From contig NC_058368.1 of NCBI RefSeq assembly GCF_018350175.1, forward strand, positions 238,082,001 through 238,146,000: a DNA stretch of 64,000 nucleotides, given 5' to 3'. Positions within the stretch are counted from its first letter, which is position 1, and each line of letters starts with the position of its first letter. The notes beneath the pieces are model-generated. The model was not told where the DNA came from and did not search any database. It saw only the letters and a program-made list of their open reading frames with translations. Of this stretch, positions 12,951-24,998 are shown piece by piece. This stretch comes from Felis catus. Its lineage: Eukaryota. The position numbers were made by a program, and so were the translations under genes.

Positions 12951-15157
12951 AAAGTCTTCACATGAAGGAAGTCCCCCACTTAGATGGCTTGCTCAGTAAT
13001 CGTCTCAAACCACTAATGAAGAAATAATACCAATCTTTACAAATTCTTCCAGGGAATAGAAGATGGGGGAAAAACTCTCAGCCCATCCTATGAGACAGGC
13101 ATGATCCTACAACCAAAGCCAGATAAAGACATTACAAGGAAAGAAAGCTACAGACCAGTATCTCCCAAGAATATAGACTCAGCGATTCCCAATAAAATAT
13201 TAGCACACTGAACTCATCAATATAGAAAGGATTACACACTAGGAGCAAGTGGAATTTACCCAGAAATACCAAGTGGTTTCATATTCAAAGTAAATTAATT
13301 TAACAAAGTCTATTAATAGCATGAAGAAGGGGAAAATGTATCATCATCTTAATAGATGCAGAAACACATTTCACAAAATTCAACACCTATTCATGATAAA
13401 AGTAATCAACATATTAGACATGAAAGGAAATTCACTCAACCTAAAAAAGGACTCCCGCAAAAAATTGATGGGCCACTAACCTGAATTCAATGGCGAAAGG
13501 CTGAATACTTTTCTCTGTATGATGGGAAGCAACCCAAGGATGTCCACTCCCACCGTTTCCATTCAGTATTGTATCAGACGTCCTAGCCAATGAAATCGGG
13601 CAAGAAAAGGAAATAAAGACATTCATACAGGAAAGGAAAAAGAAAACATGCCTTTCTTCACAGATGACATAATGCCATTTGTGTGAAATTCTCAGAGGTT
13701 CACCGAAAAGGTCTGCTAGAACTAATAAATGGGATCAGAACGGCGGCAGGATCCTCAATCAAGATAGAAAATCAACAGCATTTCCATACACCCATCATGA
13801 ACCCACCAATAATAAATGTAAGAAAATAGCTCCTTTCGTGAGCCCGTCAAAAAGAACAAATACTCAGGAGAAATTCAACAAAAGGAGCGGCAGGTTTGCA
13901 TAGAGAAAATAACAAAATATTGCTGAGAGAATCTGACGAGCTTTAAAACGTGGGGAAGCACTCCATGGCCGTGGATTAGACAACTCAGCCCTGCTAGGAA
14001 GGCATTTCTCCCCACACCGACCTGGAGGTCTGCAGTTGCCATAAAACCCCAGCTGACTGTTTACGCAGAAATGGACACACTGATCCTGAATTTTATATGG
14101 AAATACAAAGGATCCAGAATGGCCAAAGCAAAGTCAGAAGACTTCTATGCCTCAGTTTCAAAACTTACTGTAAATCGAGAGTCATCAAAATACTGTGGGA
14201 CTTGCATAGAGGTGACCGTGCAGATCAGTGGAATAGAAGCAGGAGTCCAGAAACAAACCCTTACGTTCACGGTTAATTTATTGTCACCAATGGCGCTGAG
14301 ACAATCAATGGAGTGGAAGCAGTCTTAACAGATGGTTTGAGACTGCTGGTCATCCACAAGCAACAAGACGAACTTAAACCCCTACCTCGTACACATATAA
14401 GAATTGACTCCCAACAGGTCATAGACCTACATATAAGACGTGAAACTGTGAAACGTTTGGGAGGAAACATAGGGTATTAGGTGGAGTTCTTAGATCTGAC
14501 ACCAGAATCATGATCCATAAAAGAAAATATCAATAAGCCGGACTCGGGGAAATGAAACCCATTGAAAGATGCTATCGGGGGAATGAAAAGTCATCCCACG
14601 GCTGAGGGGAGCCGTGTGTCCAATGAGGGACTTGTATTCAGGGTATATGGAGAACCATTACGATGAAATAACAAGACAAAAAGCCAATTAAATAGAGATT
14701 TCACCAAAGCAAAGATATATGAATGGTTCGTGAAGCTCACAGAGAAGGTGCGCAACACCATTAGTCACCAGGGAAACGCAAGTCAAAACCACGGTGAGAC
14801 ACCACCTCGCACTCCGTAGAACGGCTACAACCAGGAGGGTGGACGGTGACGAGCATCTCCAGCGGCACGGGAAAATGGGGCACCCGCACCGCCAGCTTCT
14901 TTAAAAGTGGAGGGTCAAATTTACCAGGGGACCCGGCAACTCCACCGCTGGGTATTCACTCAAGGGACATGAGGACAAATGACCACACGAGGCCGCTGCT
15001 CCGAAGGTCCGGAACACTGTTCCCAAAAACCAAAGGGTGGAAACAAGCCACGTGCCCATCACTGGTGAGCGGACCCAGTGAGAGCCTCTGCCTTGAATGC
15101 ACAGATGTCATGGTTGCCCTTTCCTGTTGCTCAGGTTGGTGCTCAGCATTCTCTTTT

Positions 15158-15365
15158 AGGGGCACCTGGGGGCTCGGTCGGTTAAGTGTCCGACTTCGGC
15201 TCAGGTCACGGGTCCGAGCCCCGCGTCGGGCTCTGTGCCGACAGCTCGGAGCCTGGAACCTGCCTCGGATTCTGTGTCTCCCTCCCTCTCTGCCCCTCCC
15301 CTGCTCACGCTCTGTCTCTCTCTGTCTCTCAAAAATAAATCAAAACATTTAGATTTTTTTTAAAA
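15158..15365 (+). mobile_element. Can-SINE
   Basis: SINEC consensus; TSD cat(t)ctctttt. Confidence 0.9.
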
Positions 15366-15703
15366 AAAGACATCTCTTTTGCTCTGTTTCAGCTTTGACT
15401 CCGCTAAACCCTTTGTATTTGACCCGCTCTGGGATTTGGTGCATTCAAAGAGGTTCACCATACTTGAAATTCTGCTCCCAACGCTTATTCAATGCTTCTG
15501 TTTTTATGCAGAATTTTCAGTTTGCTATCATTTTCTGAAGTGATTTGGAAAGTAAAAAGAGTGATTTTATTAACTTTGCGGGGGCGGCGGATTATAGAAT
15601 GATGGCATCACTTACCCGTACGTAAGCCAAGGTAACAACCACTCTGACAGGAAACTTTCAAACGGCCAGGAATCTGGTAGGACAGACGCTTACTTCCACT
15701 CAC

Positions 15704-16028
15704 CTACGGAGCAGTTCGGGGCTGCAGAATGGAGGCCCGGGCCACATACACCCCAGACTGGCAGGGGCTCCGCCAGGGTGCCTGGGCCTCAGCCCTGGGT
15801 CCCGGGGAAGGGAGGAGGGGGAGCCACGGGGGCAGCACACGGAGCCCGGAGGTGGCCTGTGGGGCCTTCTCCCGGATCCCCTGTGTGGAATCGGTCGTGT
15901 GGGCCCACGTGAGTGCAGACGGTCCTGCGGCCCCTGACTGGCAGCTTCCGTAGGATTTTGCAGGCCATCAAAAGAACTTTCTTCATAAATGTCCATTCGT
16001 TCGACAAATAATTGGCCCAGAGAGAATT
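15704..16028 (-). pseudogene. GREB1-like exon (EFSLGQLFVERMDIYEESSF...WPGPPFCSPELLR)
   Basis: cctag acceptor and AG|gtgagt donor (alternative donor at 15616); LGQLFVERMDIYEE vs LSRMLVRLTEVDVYDE. Confidence 0.65.
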
Positions 16029-17356
16029 CTAGGCGGTTGGGAGCATCCAGGCAGAAGTGAGCGTGTCCCCACGGCCCCCTGCAGTTCCTGTGTGGAGCTC
16101 AGCAGCGTCTGACGCCCCCGGAGTCCAGGAGTGTGTCCCAGAGAGGCGTCCAACGGCTACGGAAGTGCCGACAGGCACCCGGCCCACGAGTGTGGCCGCC
16201 AGGACTCGATTTCCCCCGGCCCCACCTGACGGGCGCCCTGGCTGGGAAGCGAGCCCTCGGCAGCAGGCGCAGGGCGCTTCTGGGAAGGTTGCAGAGTCCA
16301 GGGCCTGCGTGAGAAGCATCGTTTCCGGGTGAAGGGGAGGGAGGGCAGGCAGGCGCCGCAGGCAGGGACCAGCAGTCTGCAGGCCGGGCAGCAGGACACA
16401 GCCCAGGCCGGACGGGGCTCCCTGACCCGGGCTGCACTGGTAAGGCGTCTGCCACCTTTTGTGCAGCTTGTGGTCTGTTTGCTCCATTTTCCCTCTCTTC
16501 ACAGGCTGAGTGTCCTCCGTGACCCAGGACAACGGCCCCCCCCCTCCCCATTCCCCGGCTTCCTCCTTCCTCCTGCAGGCTGCTGTGGGGTCTCCCTGCG
16601 TACGCTCCCCGTCCCTGCTCTCACTGCCCAACCCGATGCCCCCGGGGGAATTCCGGCCCAGTGGTCGGCTTGCAGCCCAATGACCCTGCCTCGTCTCAGA
16701 TGCAATCCCGCCCGGACGTCCTCTTACGCTGCCGGGGCAGTGGGTCTGACAGGCTCAGGGGCCCCTTCTGCTGTGGGCAGGCAGTTTCTTGCAGAGGTGG
16801 GAACACAGCTGGGGGTGCCCAGGACCCCGCGTCCCCTCTCAGGGCAAAAAGTAGGAGCTGCCTGGGCCTGGCCCACCCCGTCCCGGCTCTGTGGGCCCTG
16901 CTTGGCGGGCAGGAGCCTGTCCACCCTGTGGCCCGGGAATGGGGGGGCAGCTCCCCGCCCCCTGGGGAAAGCTCCCCACCCCCCACCAGTTTGCCCCGCT
17001 GGGCTCCACACACTTCACGCTGGACATGGGACCACAGGACCCTTGCTGCCCTGGGAGGACGGCCTGCCAAGCGCCCCCGAGCGTTCCCAGGCGCCCTCCC
17101 TGCAGAGCAACCGAGCCTCCGAGATGAGCCAGTCCAAATCAGGGACGGGAACAAGGCCTGTTGGGGGAGTGTCATCGGGGACGCTGTGAACACGTGCTTG
17201 TTCTCGAGATAAAGGAAAACCCCCCAAAGTGGGCGCCTCCAACACTGTTACAGGCTCTGTTTTACACTCAATCAAACCATCTCTGGGAAAAGGGCTTCTC
17301 TGCGCTTCTCGCTGCACTTGGCAGAGGCCCGTACGCGGGTTATATGTGTAACAATG

Positions 17357-17512
17357 TTCTGATTATCCGCAAGCTAAAGGCAGCCATCTTCTGATTATCC
17401 GCAAGCTAAAGGCAACCATCTTCTGATTATCCGCAAGCTAAAGGCAACCATCTTCTGATTATCCGCAAGCTAAAGGCAACCGTCTTCTGATTATCCGCAA
17501 GCTAGAGGCAAC
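17357..17512 (+). repeat. 32-bp minisatellite, about 4.9 copies
   Basis: ttctgattatccgcaagctaaaggcaaccatc head-to-tail at 17357, 17389, 17421, 17453, 17485. Confidence 0.95.
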
Positions 17513-19341
17513 TGACGTGTAACACAAGGGAAGGAAAGAAAGCAAAACAAAACAGAAGCTGCACGACCTATAACTCCACTCAGACGGAATCAATCCAAAG
17601 GAGAGAGACTGTCTTGGTGACAGAAAAACAACCCTTGAGCTGAATTGCTTTCAGGAGGAAATGGTTCCGGCTCCCCTGACACGTGGACTGGGGGACGGTT
17701 GAGGCCACGGCCTCCCGCTGACCGGGCCTCGAGCAGCACAGAAGGAGCCACAGCCCGCAGACGTGACCCACACGCAGGGGGCAGGAGGGCTTTGCCACAT
17801 CTTTCAGGGATTACTGGTTTTCAAATAGCATGTGACCGGCAGCCAGGCCTGGGCCCCATGTGCTGTCAGAAGCTGGGGTCGTGGCTGGGCCGGCCTCCGG
17901 AGGGGCCAGCGTCCCTGTGAGGGCTTGTCCCGGGGCGGCGGAAACCGTGCAATGGCTCCGGGGTCGGGGACCCACGCGCTTCTGGACAGAGAATCCCACA
18001 CTGGCTTCCTCTGTGGAGGCTGCCAGCAGAAAGCAAGCAAAACGATCTCCTAGGAAAGGGTCCTAGAAAATCCGCAACAAAAGCTCTTCTCGCTGTGCGT
18101 TCTGGGGCCCCGTGGGGGCCCCTGTGAGACTCTCCACGTGCACTCTCGGGGGACCCAGTGGGGTGCTCCTCATGCACTCTGTGGACCCCCATGGGACTCT
18201 CCGCGTATCCTCTGGGGGCCCCCCGGGTGTGGCGCTCCACGTGCGCTCTGGGGCCCTGACCTCGCCGGCCCCGCGCCCCGCCCCTGCGCCCCAGCCGGCG
18301 CCACCTGTCTTAAACGTCAATAGCTCACCGCGTGTCCAACCCCGAGAAAGCGATTACACGATCGATTTCCGATGCGGCCCTGGGCTCCAGGGCACCTCTG
18401 CCGACAGACGTGTTATTAATGCAAGGTCCAACTTAGAGTCGGTTTTTAAAACTCTTATTTTTTATGAAAAGTGCCTATAAAGAAGTATGTGGGGGTCGAA
18501 CTAACTCAGAAATGTCGTGTTTTAAACATACATATTTCACGAGTACGATGTCATCTGTCCTGAGTAATTCTGTTTCTGAACAGTTTCAGGGTCAGAAGTG
18601 CCCCCTGAGCAGTTGAAGGCAGAGCGTTGGAAACCTTTCCGTAATAAAAATCACTGTGGAAAGTATAAAATTACACTCTGAAAGCTACTGTATTTGCTTC
18701 CTTTGAGGTGGATAATCACACCCAAAATTAGTGTATTTTATCTTCATGTTTCAGTGTAATTACACAGAGGAAAAAACAAAATCAAGATTAAAAGCCCCAG
18801 AGCGTGTAACTCTACAACCATTAATCCAACCCCACTTTTAATTTCCATATGCTTGCAAGAGTTTTTTATGAAATTACTAGAATTCTCCATTGAGGTCTAT
18901 TTTTATGTAGATTTAAGCAGTTTCTCTACACAATGGCCTTAAAATAATTAATAATTTCCCCGTCTTCTATTGCACTGTTCGCAAAGTAAACTTCTAAGTT
19001 TTCTCACTTTATAAAACAGGAACATTTTACAAAATACGATGCATTTGCGGCCCTCCATCACACGATTAGCGTGCTCTAGTGGGCTCTCATAAAAATGGTT
19101 CAAAAAGAGGAAAACACTCTATAAATGTGAAGTACGAATACTACAGTTACCATGAACGATGGCGTGTAACACGCTACCATTCGATTGCCTTATTAGAAAG
19201 AAAATTCCAGGTGTCATGCTGTCCGGGGGAGGTGGACAACTGTGCTTTCTGCTGGCTCTGCAATCCCAGGCTGTTTGGGTTTCCTCTGGGAAGTGGGTGG
19301 CTCCCGTCCGTCCCAGCCAGACCGCGGTGCCTTGTCCTTAC

Positions 19342-19405
19342 CTGAAGACAGGGGAGGCTGACCGCTCACTGCGCAGTCGAGCCCATCCTTTCTGTGCGTT
19401 AGAAT
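19342..19405 (-). pseudogene. GREB1-like exon (ILTHRKDGLDCAVSGQPPLSS)
   Basis: ttgcag acceptor and CAG|gtaagg donor, phase 0 to 1 joins the 16028 exon; RKDGL..SGQP vs RVDGF..SGPP. Confidence 0.55.
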
Positions 19406-19634
19406 CTGCAAGCTCCTCAGGAAGACATTTCAGTCCTTTTGTTTTGTTAATTTAAATTCTCCTTAGTTGACCTACTGGGCGGTATGTTTCAGGAGTAGGT
19501 TTCAGTGATTCATCGCTTCCGTTGGACACCCAGTGCCCATCCCCCATCGAGCCCACCCCCCACCCACCTCCCTCCAGGGACCCTCAGTCTGTTCTCCCTT
19601 CCAAAGTTTAGTCCGTTTTAGAAACGCACACAAG

Positions 19635-19761
19635 TTGCTTTCCATTAGCCAGGAATGTTTCTTTTCTGTAGCCAACGTTTACGTCCCGCCCCTGGGGGAC
19701 AATTTCCCGCCCTGGACGTGTTCAGATGAGTCTGAGAACTTCCAGGCGGGGAGAGAAAGTG
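19635..19761 (-). pseudogene. Probable GREB1-like exon (PLSLPAWKFS...*TLATEK)
   Basis: gttcag acceptor in phase 1; TLATEK vs TMTSTEQ; 3' boundary uncertain. Confidence 0.4.
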
Positions 19762-20288
19762 CTGAACACAGTGGGAAGTCCAGCCATGTTTCTTGCAGCG
19801 TGTGCGAGGACCCAGGAGGGAGCGCCAGCTGGTCTGGAAGTTGAGGGCCAAGCACACCTGCTCTCTGGACGGAAGTGCACCGGCAAGGGCAGCAAGGAGC
19901 CCGCAGCAGGCCCCCCAGCGATGGGGCCGGCGCCCCCCAGCGTCCTCACAACCGCTGATGCTGGGGCAACACTGGGCGGGGGCCCGGGACGCGCGGGCCC
20001 CCCACCCCGAGGCGAGCCCACTCAGACCTTCCGTTCCGGCAGGTGGAAACCCAGCTGGAGCTCACGCGGACGTAACTGGTGCCCAAAGGGGTGCCTTTGC
20101 TGCCACACCAACCGGGGGCGGAGCAGCGCCCAGGCCCCCCCCCTCTGCCCGGTGGCCGCTGCCCCTGGCCGAGCCCTCTTCTCCCTCTCGGGCCCAGTCG
20201 TGGGCCCCCGTGTGCCTTGGTCCCCTGAGCCAGCACCAGGGAGCTTTCTCCGCATAGCGGAGAACAGGCCGCTCTTGTCCGGACTTAC

Positions 20289-20433
20289 GCCTTCTCACCG
20301 TGTAACCCAGAAGGACCACTTAAGTAGGCAAGAGAAAAATGTGCGGACCTCGCGTCACCGTGGAAAAACCCAAGTAAAAGACAACCTGATCGACCGGCTG
20401 GGCGCTTGACCCTGAGGCCAACCCACCAGGTTC
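20289..20433 (-). pseudogene. GREB1-like exon with premature stop (...STVTRGPHIFLLPT*VVLLGYTV)
   Basis: ccctag acceptor and gtaagt donor, phase 0 to 1; RGPHIFLLPT*V vs RQPPIVFLPKLV; TAA at 20322-20320. Confidence 0.7.
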
Positions 20434-20645
20434 CTAGGGACGAAACACAACGGCCAGTGCGCGTAGCCCTCCTATCGCCGAGAGGGGAGATTCTCCAAGG
20501 AAGCGAGTCCGCTTTGGCCAGGAGATGGGAGGCGATGGTGGACTAAGAAGTCGCTGCAAATATGCCAAGTGCCGCCTAGAGGCGCATCCCCACCACGGGC
20601 GCCGGGCTCGGGCGGGACTGGGTGTCACCCCACGACGGCACTTAC

Positions 20646-20728
20646 GACGCCCGAAACACAACTCAGCCGCCTGTGCACAGGGACACCCTTGGGTGACAGT
20701 TTGTTGTCGTCACCCGTATTGGTGACGT
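20646..20728 (-). pseudogene. Linker exon (HVTNTGDDNKLSPKGVPVHRRLSCVSGV)
   Basis: cctaat branch-like site, ttcag acceptor, gtaagt donor; phase 1 to 0 fits neighbours; lies where GREB1 has a low-complexity linker. Confidence 0.6.
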
Positions 20729-22548
20729 CTGAACGGTAAGAGACTCGGATTAGGAGAAACAACTGTGTAGACACAGTACGGACAAACTGTGCAAACTGTG
20801 TAGACAAACTGTGTAGACAAACCAGTGCTTAGAATTGTACCTTCAGAAACCTGATTTCTTTCGAGGAGGTCTCTGGGGAGATGTGTTCTCTGCAGCTGCC
20901 AACGACCGCAGGAAGACGGGGAAGCACCGAGGGGGAGGGGGAAAGGAAGACGCTAGCCTGGCGGGTGCGGGCACGTGTCACCAACAACTCAGGTGTGTCC
21001 CCAGGAACTGAATTCAGTAACGTATTAGCAAAAGTCTTTCTGGGGGGGGGGGGGGTGAACCCAAGAGGGCCTCAACCATGCAGACGTTCTGGTAGGTTCT
21101 TTTATAACTGCTTGAACTGGAGAGAGCCTGCCGGGCGTGTTCCTCCAGAGAGACGCAGGCCCCGAGTACCTGCCCGCCCCGTCAGGGTGTGGGAACCAGG
21201 GAGGAACTGTCCTTTTCTCTTCTTCTTCACGGAGCACACACGTAGGAGCCCTTCAGCCTACGTGCCCGATGCCAGCGTCGGTTTGGGTCGCACTTTGTGA
21301 TACAAACCGACAGCCTACACACAACCAAGCTCTTCGGATGGGAGATGCAGAAAATTCCAGGATTAACCAAACAGTGTCTCCCACACGTTGCTGGCCGAGC
21401 TGTGTCTGCTCTTGGCTTGGCTGGTTGCCTCTGGAAAGCTTGAGCGGCACGGCTCAGCCTCCCTGCCCTCACCCCCGAGGCGGCTTTGGCCGGACTGACC
21501 GTGGCCCTGAGTCAAGTGGGGGCTCCCCGCGAGTGCCCAGCGTGCACCCCGGGGGAGAGGGTCCTGTCTGGGGTGGGCCCAGGAGAGGGAGCCTCCTGCT
21601 GACCCCCGAAATGGCCAGAGGCACCGAGCTCCAGGCTCCCTGGGCTCCCTTAAGTACCCGGAGCCTCCTCAACAGTGAGCGCGAAGCCCGTGCACAGGGG
21701 CCTGGGCTGGTCCCCAATTGCCCCACAGTGGGCTGCAGGAGTGTGGGAGGAGCCAGTGCGGGAGGGAGAGTGGGGCTGACCCAGTTCTGGAAGGTCGACT
21801 GGGTCCGTGTCAGAGAAGTGAAGACCAGAGAGTGTGAGTCTGAGAACCTAACGTGCAAGGGTCGAGTCCACGCCACCCAAGGGTCCCCATTCTCCGATGC
21901 CAGCCCGGCCACATCCTCCGAGAGCCAGACCCCCAGAAGGGCCGGTCGCGGGGCTCCAGAACCCCGCTCCCGTCCTCCACTAGCCTCTGGAGGCCCGGGT
22001 CCCGGCCAGAGACAGACAGACCGAGTGACCGGTGTTCCGCAACTCGGCAGTGAGATGCCGCCGCCCGTGACTTCAGTAACCAACTGTCGGGCCAGTTATA
22101 GCGAGAAGCGCACCACTTACCTCCTCCCGTCTCCGTCCCAGATTTGGCCATCAGTTTCCACGAGAGTCCTGACCTTCAGCCTCCGTCACCCGGAAAACTG
22201 GCCGCAGACGCGCTCTCCGTGGCTCCTGCCTCAAAACGCAGTGTCTCCAGACAGAAGGCAGACTCGTGCCTGCACTGATGGAGGGGCACCTCGGCTCGGT
22301 CTGTCACCCGCCCTCTGTGCCCTCCCGGGAGGCATCCCGACACACGGGCCGGCTCGGTGCAGAGCGGCAGTGCGCACGCAGGGTCCCTCCCCTGGGAAGA
22401 CTAGCGCTCGGCCCCGAAGCGGAGGGAAGGGAGCGGCCACAGATGTGCAGCAGGTGTCCACGGTCCGGGTGGCCCAGATCCAGCTCCTTCCCTGCACAGG
22501 GATATCCAGGCCACAGTCAGAAGGCAGAACGTTCACTAAGAGAATTAC

Positions 22549-22690
22549 GTCTTGATGTTTCATAACCGTCTCTAGAGATGGTTCTTTCCAAAAGCCGGTG
22601 CTCGTGGGGGGGGGGCCGTCTGGTTTGCCCCCGGTTCTGCGGATGTGCGACCGTGTTTCCAAGATTCCTCCGGAAAGGCTTCCTTTGAGG
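22549..22690 (-). pseudogene. Linker exon (PQRKPFRRNLGNTVAHPQNRGQTRRPPPHEHRLLERTISRDGYETSR)
   Basis: Polypyrimidine tract with aag acceptor, gtaatt donor; open, phase 0 to 1. Confidence 0.6.
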
Positions 22691-23349
22691 CTTACAAAAG
22701 CAGAAGAAGAACCTCATGTCCCCAGGCTGCCACTCAAGATACATTCGGACAAATCGGCCTCTTGTGAAAAAGCCGATTAAGTTCACTGGCACGAAACAGC
22801 CTGCTATACTCTGTTCGGTACCTGCCCTGTAAGGCCCAAGTCCTGAATTCAGGGGTTATCCTGGCTCGTGGGGGCCCAGCAACGAGGCTGGGACTGAGGC
22901 CATTAGTACCCCCGTTACACAGGAGGGAAAACAGAGGCACTCAAAATGTGGGAGCAAATAGGTCCGTATCAGCAGCCAGCGGAATTGGAACTGAGATTTA
23001 AAGCTGCAAAGCCGTAGCGCTCACGATGCCCGGCCGGTGGCATCTCTCCTGATCCGCTGGAGCATGCCCGCTGGCCGTCCGCACAGGAGTGAGGGCAGCT
23101 CATCCCCGCCAGGGGAGGCGGCCGTGACACGCATTTTTAAATGGCTCAAATACAGGTACGTGTGAGAAGGCTTCCGGTCTGTTCACAAATCAGCCAGCCC
23201 TGGGGAGTGCCATCGACTGGGTGCCGAGCCATTGATTTGTTTTTGGGTGCATTGAAGGGAGCTGAAAAAAACACAAATGCAGGTTGACTCTTAATAAGAT
23301 TATTTTTTAAAGGAACTCCTTTGTTTACAGACTTCCCCTCTAACCTTAC

Positions 23350-23486
23350 CTCCATGCTTCCGGCCGTTGGATGAAAGACTGTTCCTCTACTGCTGTCCGT
23401 TTCACTGTAGTGTTTTACTACTAACAGGGGTCTTCTGGGATCACTGTATATACCGGTTGCCATCTCATGTGTCTGACGAGTTTCTG
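23350..23486 (-). pseudogene. Linker exon (ETRQTHEMATGIYSDPRRPLLVVKHYSETDSSRGTVFHPTAGSME)
   Basis: tag acceptor, GAG|gtaagg donor; open, phase 1 to 0. Confidence 0.55.
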
Positions 23487-23694
23487 CTATGCATTTTCAT
23501 TTCCTACATTTTGTTGGGTTTTTCACACACATAACATCGAAGCAAACATTGTGTGGACATTGCAATTTCCGCGAACCTTCCTTTAGAAGGTTGGATGTCA
23601 TAGGTTGGATGTTTTTTTTCCATTTCCAATAAAAGGAAAAACTGGTAAGCTCATTAACATTTTGGAAGACAGAGGCAAAAATGACCTCGCAGTC

Positions 23695-24062
23695 TTGCAA
23701 TGGTAAATTTTGTGTGTCGACCTGACCAGGTCACGAGGCGCCCAGACACCCAGCTGAATAGTACTGTGGGCGTGCCCAGGTGAGATTCAGACTCGAACCC
23801 CGGGGCTCAGGGAGTACACATCTCCCCATCCTCGAGGGCCGTGACAGAGTAAAGGAGGAATCCCCCCGTTGCTTCTGCCTTCGAGTTGGGACGGGGGGCC
23901 CTTATCTTCAGACTCGACCTGGACCCGCACAGTGGGCTCCCTGGGCTTCCGGCCCTTGGAAAGCAGATCGTGGGGACTTCAGCCTCCTTAGTTATGCGAG
24001 CCGAGTCCTCAAAATAAATCTCTTTATACTGATTGATCCTCCTGGAGAACCCCAACCAGCAC
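23695..24062 (+). mobile_element. MLT2-type (ERVL) solo LTR
   Basis: tggtaaattttgtgtgtcgacctgac start; aataaatctc...ctggagaaccc end. Confidence 0.65.
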
Positions 24063-24624
24063 ACTTACTCCAACAGGAGCACTGGCAAATCTGACGTGTT
24101 TCCACCCTGACTTCTTTTCCTTCTTCTTGTGTGTCTGGTAAACCCTTGTGTGGGCATCCCCTCCTCACAGCCCCCGAGAAGTAGGCTGCTGTCAGCCCCA
24201 CGTTACAGAGAGGGAGACCGAGGCACCGTCCACGTCCGCTCTGGGACCCGCACCCCCAGACCACGGCTGCCCAAGTCCCTTTAGGACAAAGGACGTTTAG
24301 CCATCACGTAATACCTACTGTTAGCTGGGGGGCAACGCTCACACTTACCCACATCAAGCCTGTCTCAGGTTACGTCTGTTGAAAACGGCCCCCACTCCTT
24401 GCAAACGGTTGCATGGAGACTTGCCAAGTCCTGGACGGAATGTTTGGTGGCTGCAGGTTTGGCCTGTGGCAGCCATCTTCTCGAAATACCATTCGTGTCT
24501 AGAATCACTTTCTCAGGAAAGACCGGCAGGAGTGGCTGTCGGATCAATGGAACCCCACTCAGAGCTCCAGCATCCATCCTCCCCGAAAGGCCATCCTGAG
24601 AACCTTCACGGCCCATGCCCCCCT

Positions 24625-24920
24625 TGCCGTGGACCGAGTGGGGTGTCCCCCCAAATTCCCACCTGGGAATCCCAACCCCCAATGGGATGGCATTAGGGGG
24701 TGGGGCTTTGCTAGGCACTTAGGTCCTCAAGGTGGAGCCCCCAGGGGTCAGTGCCCTGGCGAAGAACAAGCAGGATCCGGCTTCCTCCTTCTGTGTCCCC
24801 GCCATGGGAGGGTCCGCTGAGGGCGCAGTGTCCGCAGCCCGGAGCAGCGGCATCTGGATCCACACGTGCAGCCTCCAGAACGATGGGGAGCAAGCGTCTG
24901 TGCGCCAAGCCCCGGTCTGA
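24625..24920 (+). mobile_element. MLT1-type (MaLR) LTR remnant
   Basis: gtgtccccccaaattc...cccaacccccaatgggatggcattagggggtggggcttt motif. Confidence 0.65.
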
Positions 24921-24998
24921 GGCGTCCTGCCAGGAGCCCGACGCGAGGCGCCCTCCCGCCGGGGTCCATCAAGCTCTGAGCATTATTGCTTCCCTTAC

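Larger units (their letters stand above)
7640..15075 (+). mobile_element. Ancient near-full-length L1 (5' region, ORF1, ORF2; decayed, 3'-truncated) with nested insertions
   Basis: ORF1-like 8550-9600, endonuclease-like from about 10030, RT-like 12960-14400, late ORF2 to 15075 with no 3' UTR or poly(A). Confidence 0.85.

Noticed and set aside
17357..17512. CRISPR-like 32-bp repeats
   Set aside because: Head-to-tail with no spacers, no cas genes, mammalian context.
20289..20433. Alternative open frame ending AYLSGPSGLHGEKA, resembling GREB1 LLSGPPQIGKTGA
   Set aside because: Out of phase with the upstream 20646 donor; the phase-0 frame gives a better colinear match. It shows that single by-eye matches can be spurious.
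21137..22555. 472-aa plus-strand ORF
   Set aside because: Non-ATG start, Pro/Arg/Gly/Ser-rich, no recognisable domain; expected by chance in GC-rich DNA and antisense to the pseudogene intron.
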